In this document: piece after piece, positions 8,589-18,434 of the stretch | How positions within the stretch are numbered: the first letter of the stretch is position 1 | Layout: every line of letters begins with the position of its first letter | Assembly: GCA_046498225.1 (NCBI GenBank) | Contig: JAWOBF010000150.1 | Span: 1-58,361, forward strand | Direction of reading: 5' to 3' | Length of the DNA stretch: 58,361 nucleotides | Origin: Candidatus Aegiribacteria sp. | GTDB taxonomy: Bacteria; Fermentibacterota; Fermentibacteria; Fermentibacterales; JCC-6 | Made by a program: the position numbers and the translations under genes | Notes under the pieces: model-generated | Told to the model about the DNA's origin: nothing | The model's input: the letters and a program-made list of their open reading frames with translations, nothing else | Database searches by the model: none

Positions 8589-9461
8589 TCAACAGATGTA
8601 CCCGAACTCGATGAGGTCGCTCCGGTTTTCGGTCCAGGCCTCCCTTACCTTCACCCACAGGTCCAGGTAGAGGGGTCTTTCTATGATGAGAGAGGCGCTT
8701 TCAGAGGCGATTTCGGCTATATGCTGGAGCATGGAACCCCTCTTGCCTATCACCACTCCCTTGCAGGAGTGCCTGGCTACGAAGAGGTTGGCCCTTACGT
8801 ACCTTTTCCGGTCCCGAATGGAAAACTCCTCTATCTGCACCGCTGTCGCCGAGGCAACCTCCGGGGCGAGTGAACAGAAGAGGCTGTACCTTATCTGCTC
8901 GCTGACCAGGAACCTTTCCGAATGCAGAGAGATGCATCCATCCGGAAACAGTCTTCCCCTTTGCGGAATGTACCTTGAGATAGTCCTCCGGAGGGTCTCG
9001 ATACCCTGACCGGAGAGCGGGCATACCGGTACGATATCCTCGTAGTTAACCGCCATGGATATCTGGTTGGTCAGGGCCCCGTGAAGACCCGGGGGAAAGT
9101 GATCGATGAACGCGGGGACGAATATCCTGGGAACATGCCTGTTCAGGTCGATGAACTCCCTGAGGTGCCGCGACTTGAGCTGGCTGGACAGGTGGTTTGA
9201 ATTGAGCGTTATGCAGATGGCGTCGACACTGTTCTGCACGGGGCATTCCCCGTAGTGTTCCAGCGGCGGTGTGTCTATCATGCAGACCTGCTCATCAGCG
9301 TTCATGTAGATGCTTGTCATGGGTATCATGGTGATGCCCGCGTTCTCATGGGAGGGACACATCTTCCTTCCGGTAAGAGCGTTGACCAGAGCTGATTTTC
9401 CCGAGTTGGAGAGCCCCGCCGCAGCAACGTAACCTGCCCTGGTGGAACTATTCCGCTGCAT
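8589..9461 (-). CDS. era: Era-family GTPase with KH domain, degenerate G3/G4
   Basis: GYVAAAGLSNSGKSALVNAL, DTPP, ERFLVSEQIR, KGVVIGKRGSML, LYLDLWVKVREAW; ATG 9461 with GGAG RBS. Confidence 0.85.
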   Translation of the reverse strand: MQRNSSTRAGYVAAAGLSNSGKSALVNALTGRKMCPSHENAGITMIPMTSIYMNADEQVCMIDTPPLEHYGECPVQNSVDAICITLNSNHLSSQLKSRHLREFIDLNRHVPRIFVPAFIDHFPPGLHGALTNQISMAVNYEDIVPVCPLSGQGIETLRRTISRYIPQRGRLFPDGCISLHSERFLVSEQIRYSLFCSLAPEVASATAVQIEEFSIRDRKRYVRANLFVARHSCKGVVIGKRGSMLQHIAEIASESASLIIERPLYLDLWVKVREAWTENRSDLIEFGYIC

Positions 9462-10929
9462 CGGTCTCCTCCGGGGGGGCGGTCGGATCCCCGTTCTCCG
9501 GCAGGGGCTGTACCGTTTCCACCGCTTCAGGCTCAGGGTCTTCAGGCATGTTGTCCGGCGGCGCGGTCTCGAGGGTATCGGGGGCAGCCTCCGTCCCCGC
9601 TGAGAGAGTGTCTTCAGGAATAGTCTCCTCCAGCGGCGGCGGAGTACCCCGAACGGCCGTGAAAACACCCGAGGTGTTGCCGTAGAAAACCACTCCGTCC
9701 ATGAGCAGCGGAGCGGTTCCGGAGTAGCCGCCCATCTCCAGCGAGTCCACCTTAACTCCGGTCTCCAGTTCCACCAGGTGAAGCCTCTGATCATCGCAGG
9801 CCAGGTATACCAGTTCCTGTCCCACGGCCGGAGGAAGCTGAAGCCAGTTATCGAACTGCTGTTCCCATATTATCCCCCCGGTCTCCCTGTTGAGACAGAC
9901 CAGCTGGCCGTCGTTGGTACCCACCAGCACTTTCCCGCCTGTCAGAACCGGACGGGCGAGCACGGTCCTTCCGGGGCGGCTCACAACATCGGTGTCCCAG
10001 AGCAGTCTACCGCTCCCGATATCGAACTTTCTGACCATGCCTCCGGAATACGCCACGAAGACCGCGGTACTGTCAGCGGAGGGAGCCGAAGCCTGATTGG
10101 CGTGCTCCGCGGTCCAGAGAGATTCTCCCCTGTAGTCGAAGACGGCGGTGACGCCGCTTTCGGAGGTATATATCGCCAGGGTGTCAACCACCGCGGGACC
10201 CAGCACTGTCCCTCCGATCTCCCGGTCCCATACCGGCTGGCCCGTCCTGCTGTCCAGAGCGCAGACCTTGCCCATGGAGTTGCCCGACAGGATAAGGCTG
10301 TCGCAGAGTATGCCGGTATCGCAGAAAATGTGGAAACCCAGCCCGGACGACCATCTCCGCCGGCCCGTGGCCCTGTCCAGAGCGTAGACGTAACCGTCCT
10401 GGCCCCCGAAATACACAGTTGTTGAATCTACCGCCGGTTCACCGCATATTCCGCAGACCGTGCTGAAACTCCATAGAACCGAACCGCTGGCGGCGTTCAC
10501 CGCCCGCATATTGCCGTCATTGCATCCGAAATAGAGTACGTCATCCACCAGGGCCGGTGAGGAAAAGAACTCCCTGCCGAGTGAGGACTCCAGCTCCCAC
10601 AGGTTCTGGAAGGGTGCCGCCGCGTCGGCTCCCCAGCCGGCGTCTCCGGTGGAGGAAGCCCTGGCCTGAAGCCAGAAACGGGGTTTGGCCTCGATGAGGA
10701 CCGGCACCGCCGCTTCGGGAAGAGAATCCGTCCCGGAGCTGTCCTCGGACACCGCCTGAAGGGTCGGGGCCGGATCTTCACCCCCTCTTCCCGAGTTGAA
10801 TACGGTGGACAGCAGAAAAAGCGCTATCAGGGCTCCCATCAGGCTAACCCCTATCAGCGTGGCCTTTCTGGTATCGCCATGGGCCCGGGAACCGATCCCT
10901 TCCTCGGAGTGTGTCTCAGCTTTATGCAC
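9448..10929 (-). CDS. Membrane-anchored PQQ-like beta-propeller protein (BamB-like repeats)
   Basis: N-terminal TM helix; repeats such as SSP..LYFGCNDG..AVNA.SG..LW and GGQDGYVYALD..TG..W; acidic tail. Confidence 0.8.
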   Translation of the reverse strand: MHKAETHSEEGIGSRAHGDTRKATLIGVSLMGALIALFLLSTVFNSGRGGEDPAPTLQAVSEDSSGTDSLPEAAVPVLIEAKPRFWLQARASSTGDAGWGADAAAPFQNLWELESSLGREFFSSPALVDDVLYFGCNDGNMRAVNAASGSVLWSFSTVCGICGEPAVDSTTVYFGGQDGYVYALDRATGRRRWSSGLGFHIFCDTGILCDSLILSGNSMGKVCALDSRTGQPVWDREIGGTVLGPAVVDTLAIYTSESGVTAVFDYRGESLWTAEHANQASAPSADSTAVFVAYSGGMVRKFDIGSGRLLWDTDVVSRPGRTVLARPVLTGGKVLVGTNDGQLVCLNRETGGIIWEQQFDNWLQLPPAVGQELVYLACDDQRLHLVELETGVKVDSLEMGGYSGTAPLLMDGVVFYGNTSGVFTAVRGTPPPLEETIPEDTLSAGTEAAPDTLETAPPDNMPEDPEPEAVETVQPLPENGDPTAPPEETDAAE

Positions 10930-10941
10930 GTATCATGCCTT

Positions 10942-11748
10942 TCAGTAGATAACTACCGGGGCCCCCACCTGCAGTGTGCGGTAGAGCGCCTCCAGGTCTG
11001 AACTGCTCATCCTTATGCAGCCGTGGCTCACGTTCCTTCCCCTGCCGACCCCGTAATGAATGAGTATACCCCCGCCCAGGTCTATCTTGTACGACCCCAG
11101 CGCGCCGGGGACCCTCTGAACGTATAACCTCTCGGAAGCTGTCAGTGAATCATGGTAGTAGACTATCTGTTCCTCCCAGGGGATTGAATCCGGAATAATC
11201 ACGTACTCCTCGGGTTCCGGGGGCCTCATGTTCATCTCTTCCCAGTACCAGTCGGGCCTGTACCAGTAGGGATTCTCCCCTTTCTTTATCACGTACCTCA
11301 GACCCCGTGGAGTGGAAAAATCCCATACCCTTCCGTCATCGTTGCCTGTCCACCCCTTCCCGGTCCCGCAGTAGCCGGACCTTACCAGCATGTCCGTCCC
11401 GTCGGACAGGTTCCTTCTCAGGTGGAACCTGTTCTGGTAGGTGTCTATCAGCAGATAGTATCCCACGTACCCGTTCCTCAGTTCCATCATTTGAACCGCG
11501 GCTTCGAGCGAATCGAGCCTGTGTCTCATCTCGGCCACGGAGTCGTTTCTCAGAACGTAGAAGCGATTCATGCCCGCCAGCGTGTCCCGCTGGGACCTGA
11601 TGGACCGAAGCTGGCTGTCGGCGAAACTGTATTCCATCTGGAGCCTGCTCAGCCTCCTGGAAAGCCTGTCCGCGCTTACGAGACTGACAGCAAGGGATGC
11701 GGTGAGAACACAGCACAGCACTATCAGCGGTGTTTTGAGGGGTTTCAT
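10942..11748 (-). CDS. L,D-transpeptidase (YkuD family) with N-terminal coiled coil
   Basis: ILIHYG...SHGCIRM catalytic motif, TPRG, GALG, GAPVVIY; signal/TM segment. Confidence 0.85.
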   Translation of the reverse strand: MKPLKTPLIVLCCVLTASLAVSLVSADRLSRRLSRLQMEYSFADSQLRSIRSQRDTLAGMNRFYVLRNDSVAEMRHRLDSLEAAVQMMELRNGYVGYYLLIDTYQNRFHLRRNLSDGTDMLVRSGYCGTGKGWTGNDDGRVWDFSTPRGLRYVIKKGENPYWYRPDWYWEEMNMRPPEPEEYVIIPDSIPWEEQIVYYHDSLTASERLYVQRVPGALGSYKIDLGGGILIHYGVGRGRNVSHGCIRMSSSDLEALYRTLQVGAPVVIY

Positions 11749-11759
11749 CTACCAGCCTT

Positions 11760-12689
11760 TCAGATGACGGGGTTGTCCACCAGGGTCCTGCGGGTGGGCC
11801 AGACCGCCCCGCTGCCCCTGGTGTCGATATGCACGAAGGGCCCGTGGGAACGTATCCAGCGGTAGGCCGAAGCTCCGCCGGTGACCACGATGCCCCGGGC
11901 CTCCAGTGTCCTCACTATTTCCACCAGATACTCACCGTCGTACACGTCCACTCTCTTGTTCCGGTCCAGGTCGTCCATCAGACCGTTGGCCGGCCAGCTC
12001 TCTATCCAGATGTCCGCGGCGGCGCCGTAGAGGTGAAGGCTCTCACCGGTCTCGTTCCCTATGGCGGCGTTGTATATCGGAGTACGGAATCCGCTGATGT
12101 TATGAATGCAGGCGGCAGGGGGATATACCTCCCTCGCCGCCACCAGTATCTCTTCCAGCTTGTCCGCCAGCCGAAGGTCGAGCGCCATATACTGGGGATA
12201 GCTGCCTTCCAGGTGGCAGATGAAGTCGCCCAGAGTGAGATGCGGTGTAACCCTGGCGTTCATGCCCGCCGCGTCCAGTTCCACGAAATATTCCGGTCTT
12301 CTCTCCCTTCCATTCCCGTCGCCGTAGCTTCCTATGGGAAAAGAGTTAAGGGAGGTGGTCCTCCAGCGGCGGGAATCAACCGGCACTATCACGGTGAACT
12401 TCTCCACGGCGTCACCGGTGCTGACATCGAGGTGGAATATGCCGTGGCTCCTCGGAGCCCTCCATTCGAAGGAGTCGCCTGAACCGGTGGCGGGCTCTCC
12501 CGCGGTAACGCTCCAGCCGGTTATCTGCTCCCCTGTGGACAGGGTGACCGAATCGCCGGGCATGACAACGAAAGCCAGTCTGTATCTGGGAAGCCTGTTC
12601 CCGTCCACGGTGAGACGGACCGAAGGGGACCGGAAAGCGGGATCGTCTGAGGTGGAGAAGATCATCAGCCATATGATCAGCCAGTGCAT
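11760..12689 (-). CDS. Secreted peptidase M15-family (D-Ala-D-Ala carboxypeptidase-like) protein
   Basis: SGFRTP.YN, SLHLYGAAAD, FVHIDTRG zinc-ligand motifs; signal peptide. Confidence 0.8.
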   Translation of the reverse strand: MHWLIIWLMIFSTSDDPAFRSPSVRLTVDGNRLPRYRLAFVVMPGDSVTLSTGEQITGWSVTAGEPATGSGDSFEWRAPRSHGIFHLDVSTGDAVEKFTVIVPVDSRRWRTTSLNSFPIGSYGDGNGRERRPEYFVELDAAGMNARVTPHLTLGDFICHLEGSYPQYMALDLRLADKLEEILVAAREVYPPAACIHNISGFRTPIYNAAIGNETGESLHLYGAAADIWIESWPANGLMDDLDRNKRVDVYDGEYLVEIVRTLEARGIVVTGGASAYRWIRSHGPFVHIDTRGSGAVWPTRRTLVDNPVI

Positions 12690-13345
12690 CAGTCGGTCCT
12701 CCCTTCCGAACCGCCGCCGGTCAGGACCCTTCTCTCCATCAGTCTCAGCTCTCCGCTGCAGTGAAGCCTTACAGCTTCAGGGTATGCCGCGTGCTCCTGC
12801 CTCAGGATCCTTTCGGACAGGCTGCCCACGTCGTCATCGTCCCGGACCTTCACCGTCTTCTGCAGAACGATGGGACCCGTATCCACACCGGCGTCAACGT
12901 AATGAACCGTGCATCCGGTTACTTTGACCCCGTAGGACAGCGCCTGCTCCTGGGCCCTCAACCCTGGAAACGAGGGCAGAAGAGAGGGGTGTATGTTCAG
13001 TATCCTGCCTCCGTAAGCGCTGAGCATGGGACCCTTGAGTATCCTCATGAGCCCGGCGAGGCAGATGAGCTGAATGCCTCTATCCCGCATGGTCCGGGTC
13101 CACTCCATCTCCGCCCTTTCCTCGAAGCGGGTCCTGTACTTTCCCGGAGAAATATGAACGGCTTCCACGCCCAGCTTCTCCGCCCTCTTCAGCGCTCCCG
13201 CCCCGGGGTCGTCCACCAGAAGCAGGGCCACTCTGCCCCTTCCGGTGTCGCCCTCACACAGGGCCTGGAAATTCGAGCCCCTACCCGAGGCCAGCACACC
13301 TATTCGAACTATATCCGATCCGGTATCGCTCTTATTCAGGATCAT
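12689..13345 (-). CDS. purN: Phosphoribosylglycinamide formyltransferase
   Basis: LASGRGSNFQAL, LAGLMRIL, NIHPSLLPSFPG, GCTVHYVDAGVDTGPI, EH. Confidence 0.95.
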   Translation of the reverse strand: MILNKSDTGSDIVRIGVLASGRGSNFQALCEGDTGRGRVALLLVDDPGAGALKRAEKLGVEAVHISPGKYRTRFEERAEMEWTRTMRDRGIQLICLAGLMRILKGPMLSAYGGRILNIHPSLLPSFPGLRAQEQALSYGVKVTGCTVHYVDAGVDTGPIVLQKTVKVRDDDDVGSLSERILRQEHAAYPEAVRLHCSGELRLMERRVLTGGGSEGRTD

Positions 13346-14577
13346 TCCCTGTCATCCCCGTGCATTATCTCTCTCCGGTCGCTGAAGGTCCAGGTCACGC
13401 CGAAGGAGTAACTCCTCCATTCATCCAGAACATCTTCCACGGCGAAGATGAAAGCAAACCTGCCCAATGTAAACATCGACCTTGCATCCATGTTCCCGGT
13501 TGTGCCGGTATCCGAGTGGGCCAACTCCCACGAAACACCTCCGTGCAGCCTTCCGCCTTCTCCCCATGGAACTGAGGGCATTGCGATGCCGTTGAAAAGC
13601 AGACTGTCCTCTCCCACGGAGGCCCCGGCCCGAAGGAAACCGTACCCGGTGCTGAGAACGGTCTGGATTCCCGACCTGACGCCGTCCTCCCCCGCTTCGG
13701 CGAAAACGTCCACCGGCCCCGTCCCGGCGGCTCCGAAGAACCTGGGGTCGTCTCCCGGAACGGAGGCGAGGCCCGCCTGCAGCCTCAGCTTCCAGAGCCG
13801 GGCAAGCAAGCCGGCAGTTCCCCCGGGAAGGATATCGCCGTCATCGTCGGACAGGTCCCCCCTGACCACAAGCCGCATTCCCTCCAAAGGCATCTCAGCG
13901 CGAATATGACCCTGAACGCTGTGTACCGTATCATCCTCCAGGGAAGCGGAGCCGGCGGTTATCAGTTCCATCGGGCCGGCTGATGTCTCCCACATGCCCA
14001 GCGCTTCCCAGTACTCCCCCCCGGAACGGAGGTGGGCGAAGGTAAGCCGGACCAGTCCCCGCGACGGTCTCCAACCGCTCCAGAGAGCGTACCCCTCCTC
14101 TTCCTCACTCCAACCCCTGCCTCCGGCCTCGAGGTCCCCAAGTTCCAGAACTAACCGTTGGTCGTCCGTTGTATCCTCTCTTGCTATGCTGATATCCAGC
14201 ATGACGGAAGATATCACCGGTCTCCTCAAAGCGGCGGAGTACCTGTTCATGTCCGAGGTATTCTGTATAAGCCCTATGGAGCTGGAAAAGGAGCTGTCCG
14301 GCACCGGAAAGGAGGAAAAATCCATCTCCCACCTCCCGGCAGCCCATACACCCGCTTCCAGCGGCGATCGGACGGTGATGGAATCGAATGAACCCCACCC
14401 GGGCAGGGGCTGATGCGCCGCCGTTGTAACCGGCACTCCATCCCTTGCGATCAGGGCGCTCCATCCGGCCGTCGAAGGTGCCGCCCAGCTGAATATTGCT
14501 CCGGTCTGCAGTACATTGGATGGATCCGGCTGCATTACCGTCCAGCACATCAGCGAGCAGAGGAGGAGACAGTTCAT
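13342..14577 (-). CDS. Hypothetical exported protein, probable outer-membrane beta-barrel
   Basis: Signal-like N-terminus (MNCLLLCSLMCW), alternating Gly/aromatic strands, C-terminal YSFGVTWTF; start inferred at ATG 14577. Confidence 0.5.
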   Translation of the reverse strand: MNCLLLCSLMCWTVMQPDPSNVLQTGAIFSWAAPSTAGWSALIARDGVPVTTAAHQPLPGWGSFDSITVRSPLEAGVWAAGRWEMDFSSFPVPDSSFSSSIGLIQNTSDMNRYSAALRRPVISSVMLDISIAREDTTDDQRLVLELGDLEAGGRGWSEEEEGYALWSGWRPSRGLVRLTFAHLRSGGEYWEALGMWETSAGPMELITAGSASLEDDTVHSVQGHIRAEMPLEGMRLVVRGDLSDDDGDILPGGTAGLLARLWKLRLQAGLASVPGDDPRFFGAAGTGPVDVFAEAGEDGVRSGIQTVLSTGYGFLRAGASVGEDSLLFNGIAMPSVPWGEGGRLHGGVSWELAHSDTGTTGNMDARSMFTLGRFAFIFAVEDVLDEWRSYSFGVTWTFSDRREIMHGDDRE

Positions 14578-14581
14578 GTAA

Positions 14582-15832
14582 TCAGTACCCCGGCCTGCCC
14601 AGGGCTGAGTAGGTAAGCACTTTTCCGCGTTCAACACCCGGCTGGTCAAGAGGATCGACATTCAGAGCCAGGCCGCAGAGAACGGTAGCGACCTCCAGGA
14701 CCATCATGAGTCCTCCCAGAGATCTCTCGTCCAGCGCCCCCATCCGTATGCGGCATACCGGGATCCCTCTCTCCTCCAGGGCTTTTCCGGTGGCCTCGGC
14801 CTCCACCTCCCGAAGCCGGTCCGCTTCCAGCCCTTCCAGGTAGGAGATGGAGGGCAGGTCATCGAAGCCGCCCGGAAGCACGGGAGCGTCATCCATCGGG
14901 GGCGTGGTGACTATTGTCACGGTCTTGTCGGGCGGTCCTTCCATGAACAGCTGGACCAGCGAGTGCTGATCGGCCGGTCCGCGGCAGGCAAGGGGTGTCT
15001 GACCGGTATGAACCACCTCTCCCGACAAATCATGCTTCTTGCCCAGGCTCTCCGCCCAGAGCTGGGAGAACCATAGAGCAGTGCTGTAGAGCCTGTTATC
15101 GTAAGCGAAGAATGCGTGTACCGGACGGGAATGAAAATTGGCCAGGAACGCCGAAGCTGTCCTGGCGGCGAGGCTGTCAGCCCCCCTGTTCCTGAAATCC
15201 CGGACAACCGCTCCGGCCCCGGCGACAAGCGATGTCACATCGATACCCGCGAACGCTGCTGGAAACAGCCCCACCGGGCTCATAACGCTGAACCTGCCTC
15301 CCACCGAGGGCGGGACAGGCAGGGAGGGCCAGCCCCGGGAATCGGCCAGTTTTCTCAGGTCCCCCTTCACAGGGTCGGTCACGGCCACGATCCTTCTGCC
15401 GGAGTCCCCGGCGGTTTCGATCCAGGGGTAGAGGGAAAGGAAAATGGCCATGGTCTCCGCGGTGGAGCCCGACTTGGTGATCACGGTCAGGCAGGAGTCG
15501 TCAGGGTCCATTTCCCGGGTCAGCCGTGAGAGGAAGGCGGAGTCGGGTGAATCCGCCAGTATAACGGAGGGGTCTACGGTAAACGCGTCCAGGAGGGCTC
15601 GCAGACCCAGTGAAGACCCGCCTATACCGGCTGCCACCATGCCGCAGCAATAGGCCCTCATCTCATCGGCGAGCCGAATGGAGTCCTGAAGCAGCTCCGA
15701 ATCATCGGGAAGGTCCATGAAACCAAGTCTGCCCTGGTCTTCCCATCTGCTGAAATCAGCCAGGACTTTATCGGCAAGGGGCGGATGATCAAAACCCGCT
15801 TCGAAATCCAGAAAGCTCACTTCGCTGTTCAA
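14582..15832 (-). CDS. pgi: Glucose-6-phosphate isomerase
   Basis: GIGGSSLG, TKSGSTAET, VGGRFSV, QLWAESLGK, DQHS, DQPGVERGK. Confidence 0.95.
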   Translation of the reverse strand: MNSEVSFLDFEAGFDHPPLADKVLADFSRWEDQGRLGFMDLPDDSELLQDSIRLADEMRAYCCGMVAAGIGGSSLGLRALLDAFTVDPSVILADSPDSAFLSRLTREMDPDDSCLTVITKSGSTAETMAIFLSLYPWIETAGDSGRRIVAVTDPVKGDLRKLADSRGWPSLPVPPSVGGRFSVMSPVGLFPAAFAGIDVTSLVAGAGAVVRDFRNRGADSLAARTASAFLANFHSRPVHAFFAYDNRLYSTALWFSQLWAESLGKKHDLSGEVVHTGQTPLACRGPADQHSLVQLFMEGPPDKTVTIVTTPPMDDAPVLPGGFDDLPSISYLEGLEADRLREVEAEATGKALEERGIPVCRIRMGALDERSLGGLMMVLEVATVLCGLALNVDPLDQPGVERGKVLTYSALGRPGY

Positions 15833-15845
15833 TGGTATCTCCTGT

Positions 15846-16721
15846 TCATTCTCTGTCGGCCCAGGTTGCCAGCCTGTCCCCCGGCGGCCTGTCCGGCAGT
15901 ATCAGCACCCCCTGGACTTCGGTCTCTCCAACCCTCAGGGCCGGTATGGTATCACCCTCTGAAGTGATGATATAACTGTTCATTTCGCTCTCGAAGACCG
16001 CCACCCTGTCGACGGAAACAATCCTCTGGAAGAGGGACTGCAGGTCCGCCTGGTCTCCGGAATATACCCCATAGCCCTCTCCCTCCTCAATGAAGCGTAC
16101 CCGGTCGTTCCCCCGGGGCCATGAATATACGGTACATCCTTCGGGCGGAAATACTTGAAATACACGGTCGCCCGGGACCCGGACGGACAGCATGACACCG
16201 CCGGGCCTTATTCTGCTGCCGGCCCGGTAATATATGTCCGTCACGGTACCCTGCAGCGGCGCCAGCAGAGGTTCGGCTCCCTGAGTTTCCAGGGAGTCCA
16301 GAAGGCCGGCGAGACTGTCCACCCTGTGCACAAGGCCGCTGTCCGAAGGGGTGGAAGCAAGCCTGGCGGCGGCCATGTCCAGTTCCATGGCAAGCCTTTC
16401 CGCCAATACGGTCTGCACATCATCCAGAAGCTCCGCCAGCGTATCGCCGGGCAGTATCTCATCTCCCTCCGATACATTGATGTCCAGCACCTCCGCGGGA
16501 CCCTCACCGGTCCATCTCACCTGAAAGTCGTCCGGGGCGGATTCCCGCAGCTGAAAACCGGTTACTTCCAGTGGCCGCGCGTAATCCGCCGGACCTGCTT
16601 CAACCGGTTCAGGCAGGGGCGCATCGGCGGCCTCCTTCCCGCAGGACGCGAGCAGCAGGCCCGAAGCCAGAATCGTGAGCGCAGGCACTGGACAGAAATG
16701 CCTTATATTAGTACTGTTCAT
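15846..16721 (-). CDS. Lipoprotein, HlyD/periplasmic-adaptor-like (biotinyl-lipoyl hairpin)
   Basis: Lipobox LASC; V.EGD.I.PGDTLAEL and APLQGTV..I..G..I.PG motifs flanking a short helical hairpin. Confidence 0.55.
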   Translation of the reverse strand: MNSTNIRHFCPVPALTILASGLLLASCGKEAADAPLPEPVEAGPADYARPLEVTGFQLRESAPDDFQVRWTGEGPAEVLDINVSEGDEILPGDTLAELLDDVQTVLAERLAMELDMAAARLASTPSDSGLVHRVDSLAGLLDSLETQGAEPLLAPLQGTVTDIYYRAGSRIRPGGVMLSVRVPGDRVFQVFPPEGCTVYSWPRGNDRVRFIEEGEGYGVYSGDQADLQSLFQRIVSVDRVAVFESEMNSYIITSEGDTIPALRVGETEVQGVLILPDRPPGDRLATWADRE

Positions 16722-16770
16722 TGACTGAAAGGCCTCTCTCCCAGTTCACAGTATCCATGAAAGCAGGAAT

Positions 16771-17490
16771 ATGTCATCCCGGAAAACCGCTTCCTTTCTG
16801 TTTGCCGCCTTGTTCCTTGGGCTGATGGCCGGCTGCGGGGAAACCCGGACAACGGGTTTCTACGCCGGCGCCACCACCACCCGCGCCACATCGCGGGATA
16901 CCTCAGATACTATATATACCGAAACAACATTCCAGACATCACCCGAAGCGGGAGATACGCTTCTCAACTGCACGTTCCAAAGCGTTCTCAGCTCACCCTT
17001 CGGTCCCGACTGCCGGTACGAGGTCTATAACGACGCCATGCACATAGACAATTCGGCCTTCGATGACCCTGTGGTACTCCTCTCCACCGCCGGACTCCTG
17101 GGTGACGGACTGGTCCAGGCCCGGTTCGATATCGTGAACGCTCCCTCCCACTGCGTGGTCGGACTTGTCATCAGGGCCGAGTCAACGGAGGATTTCATCC
17201 TGCTGGGGGTGAACTCGCGCGGCCAGTACACCGTACAGCGTTCCATAAGGGGTCTCTGGCTTCCGGTGATGGGCCTCGACCCCTTTGAGTCAAGCAGACT
17301 TCTTGCCTTCAGCCCGGGCGAAGTGGAACTGTCCGCCCTCGTCCATGGGAATTACATCGACTTCATGGTCAACGGCCAGCTGATACAGGTTGTCAGGACC
17401 GACCTTCCCCCCATCGGCCAGGCGGGCGTTTTCGTGGACGGATACGCGGAAGTCAACCTTGACAGGATAACGGTGGTACCCTCGGAATGA
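16771..17490 (+). CDS. Hypothetical lipoprotein (beta-sandwich-like)
   Basis: Lipobox MAGC, Thr-rich linker, AGGA RBS, overlap with next gene. Confidence 0.65.
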   Translation: MSSRKTASFLFAALFLGLMAGCGETRTTGFYAGATTTRATSRDTSDTIYTETTFQTSPEAGDTLLNCTFQSVLSSPFGPDCRYEVYNDAMHIDNSAFDDPVVLLSTAGLLGDGLVQARFDIVNAPSHCVVGLVIRAESTEDFILLGVNSRGQYTVQRSIRGLWLPVMGLDPFESSRLLAFSPGEVELSALVHGNYIDFMVNGQLIQVVRTDLPPIGQAGVFVDGYAEVNLDRITVVPSE

Positions 17491-18434
17491 TGAACCTCAT
17501 GCTCACACTGCTGCTCACCTGGGTCCCCGGGACGGGCAGGACCGCCCCCCTCACCCGTTCTGGAGAAGATCAGTTCGATACAAGGGGCCCAAGCGGTGTA
17601 CCGGTTCTCATGTACCACCACGTGAGCGACCCGGTCAACGGCTACTACGGCGTCTCCACCAATCGCTTCATACGGGACCTGGAGCTTCTGGACCGGAACG
17701 GTTTTTTCCTCATCGGACCCGAAGACATAAACGACGGTCTGAGGAGGGTCCCCCCCGACCGGCGCCCGCTGATGCTCACCTTCGACGACGGATGGCAGGA
17801 CAACTTCAGTTTCATCGCATCCGGCGATTCCTTCTCCATCGACCCCCTCTGCGCGGTAGCCATACTGGAGGAATACTGTCAGGAGAACCCGGATTTCGGT
17901 CACGGAGCCGTCTTCTTCATATCCTGGGACAAAGTACCCTTCGGGCAGGAGGAATACGTTTCCGAAAAGATGAACATGCTGCTGGACATGGGCTACTCCA
18001 TCGGCAACCATACAGACATGCACACCGATCTCACCATTCTCCCGAGGAGCAAATGGGAGGACGCTGTGCTCCGGCCGCTTCAGAAACTCCACCGGGGGCT
18101 GGGCATGAGGACTTCCGGCATCTACACCCTGTCGTACCCCGGCGGCAGACTTCCGAGGGACACGGGAGCCGAGGATTTTCTCTCCGATATCGAGTTCATG
18201 GGCAGGCAGGCGGTCAGCATGGGGTTTCTCGCGAGCGGAAGCGTCTCCTCCCTCGGCCCCCTTCTCTCCTCCCCGGAGGGGTGGTTCCGCATCGGAAGGC
18301 TGGACATGAGCCAGTACTCGGTGAGAGAGCTGCTCCAGTGGACCAACATAATGTCTCCCCGGGCGAGGGAAGACCTTCACGACCCCCTCAGCAGGAGGAT
18401 CCCTCCTTCGGACTATCACATTCGTCAATTCTGA
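17487..18434 (+). CDS. Polysaccharide deacetylase (CE4/NodB family)
   Basis: PVLMYHHV, LTFDDGW, IGNHTDMH, LSYPGG. Confidence 0.85.
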   Translation: MMNLMLTLLLTWVPGTGRTAPLTRSGEDQFDTRGPSGVPVLMYHHVSDPVNGYYGVSTNRFIRDLELLDRNGFFLIGPEDINDGLRRVPPDRRPLMLTFDDGWQDNFSFIASGDSFSIDPLCAVAILEEYCQENPDFGHGAVFFISWDKVPFGQEEYVSEKMNMLLDMGYSIGNHTDMHTDLTILPRSKWEDAVLRPLQKLHRGLGMRTSGIYTLSYPGGRLPRDTGAEDFLSDIEFMGRQAVSMGFLASGSVSSLGPLLSSPEGWFRIGRLDMSQYSVRELLQWTNIMSPRAREDLHDPLSRRIPPSDYHIRQF

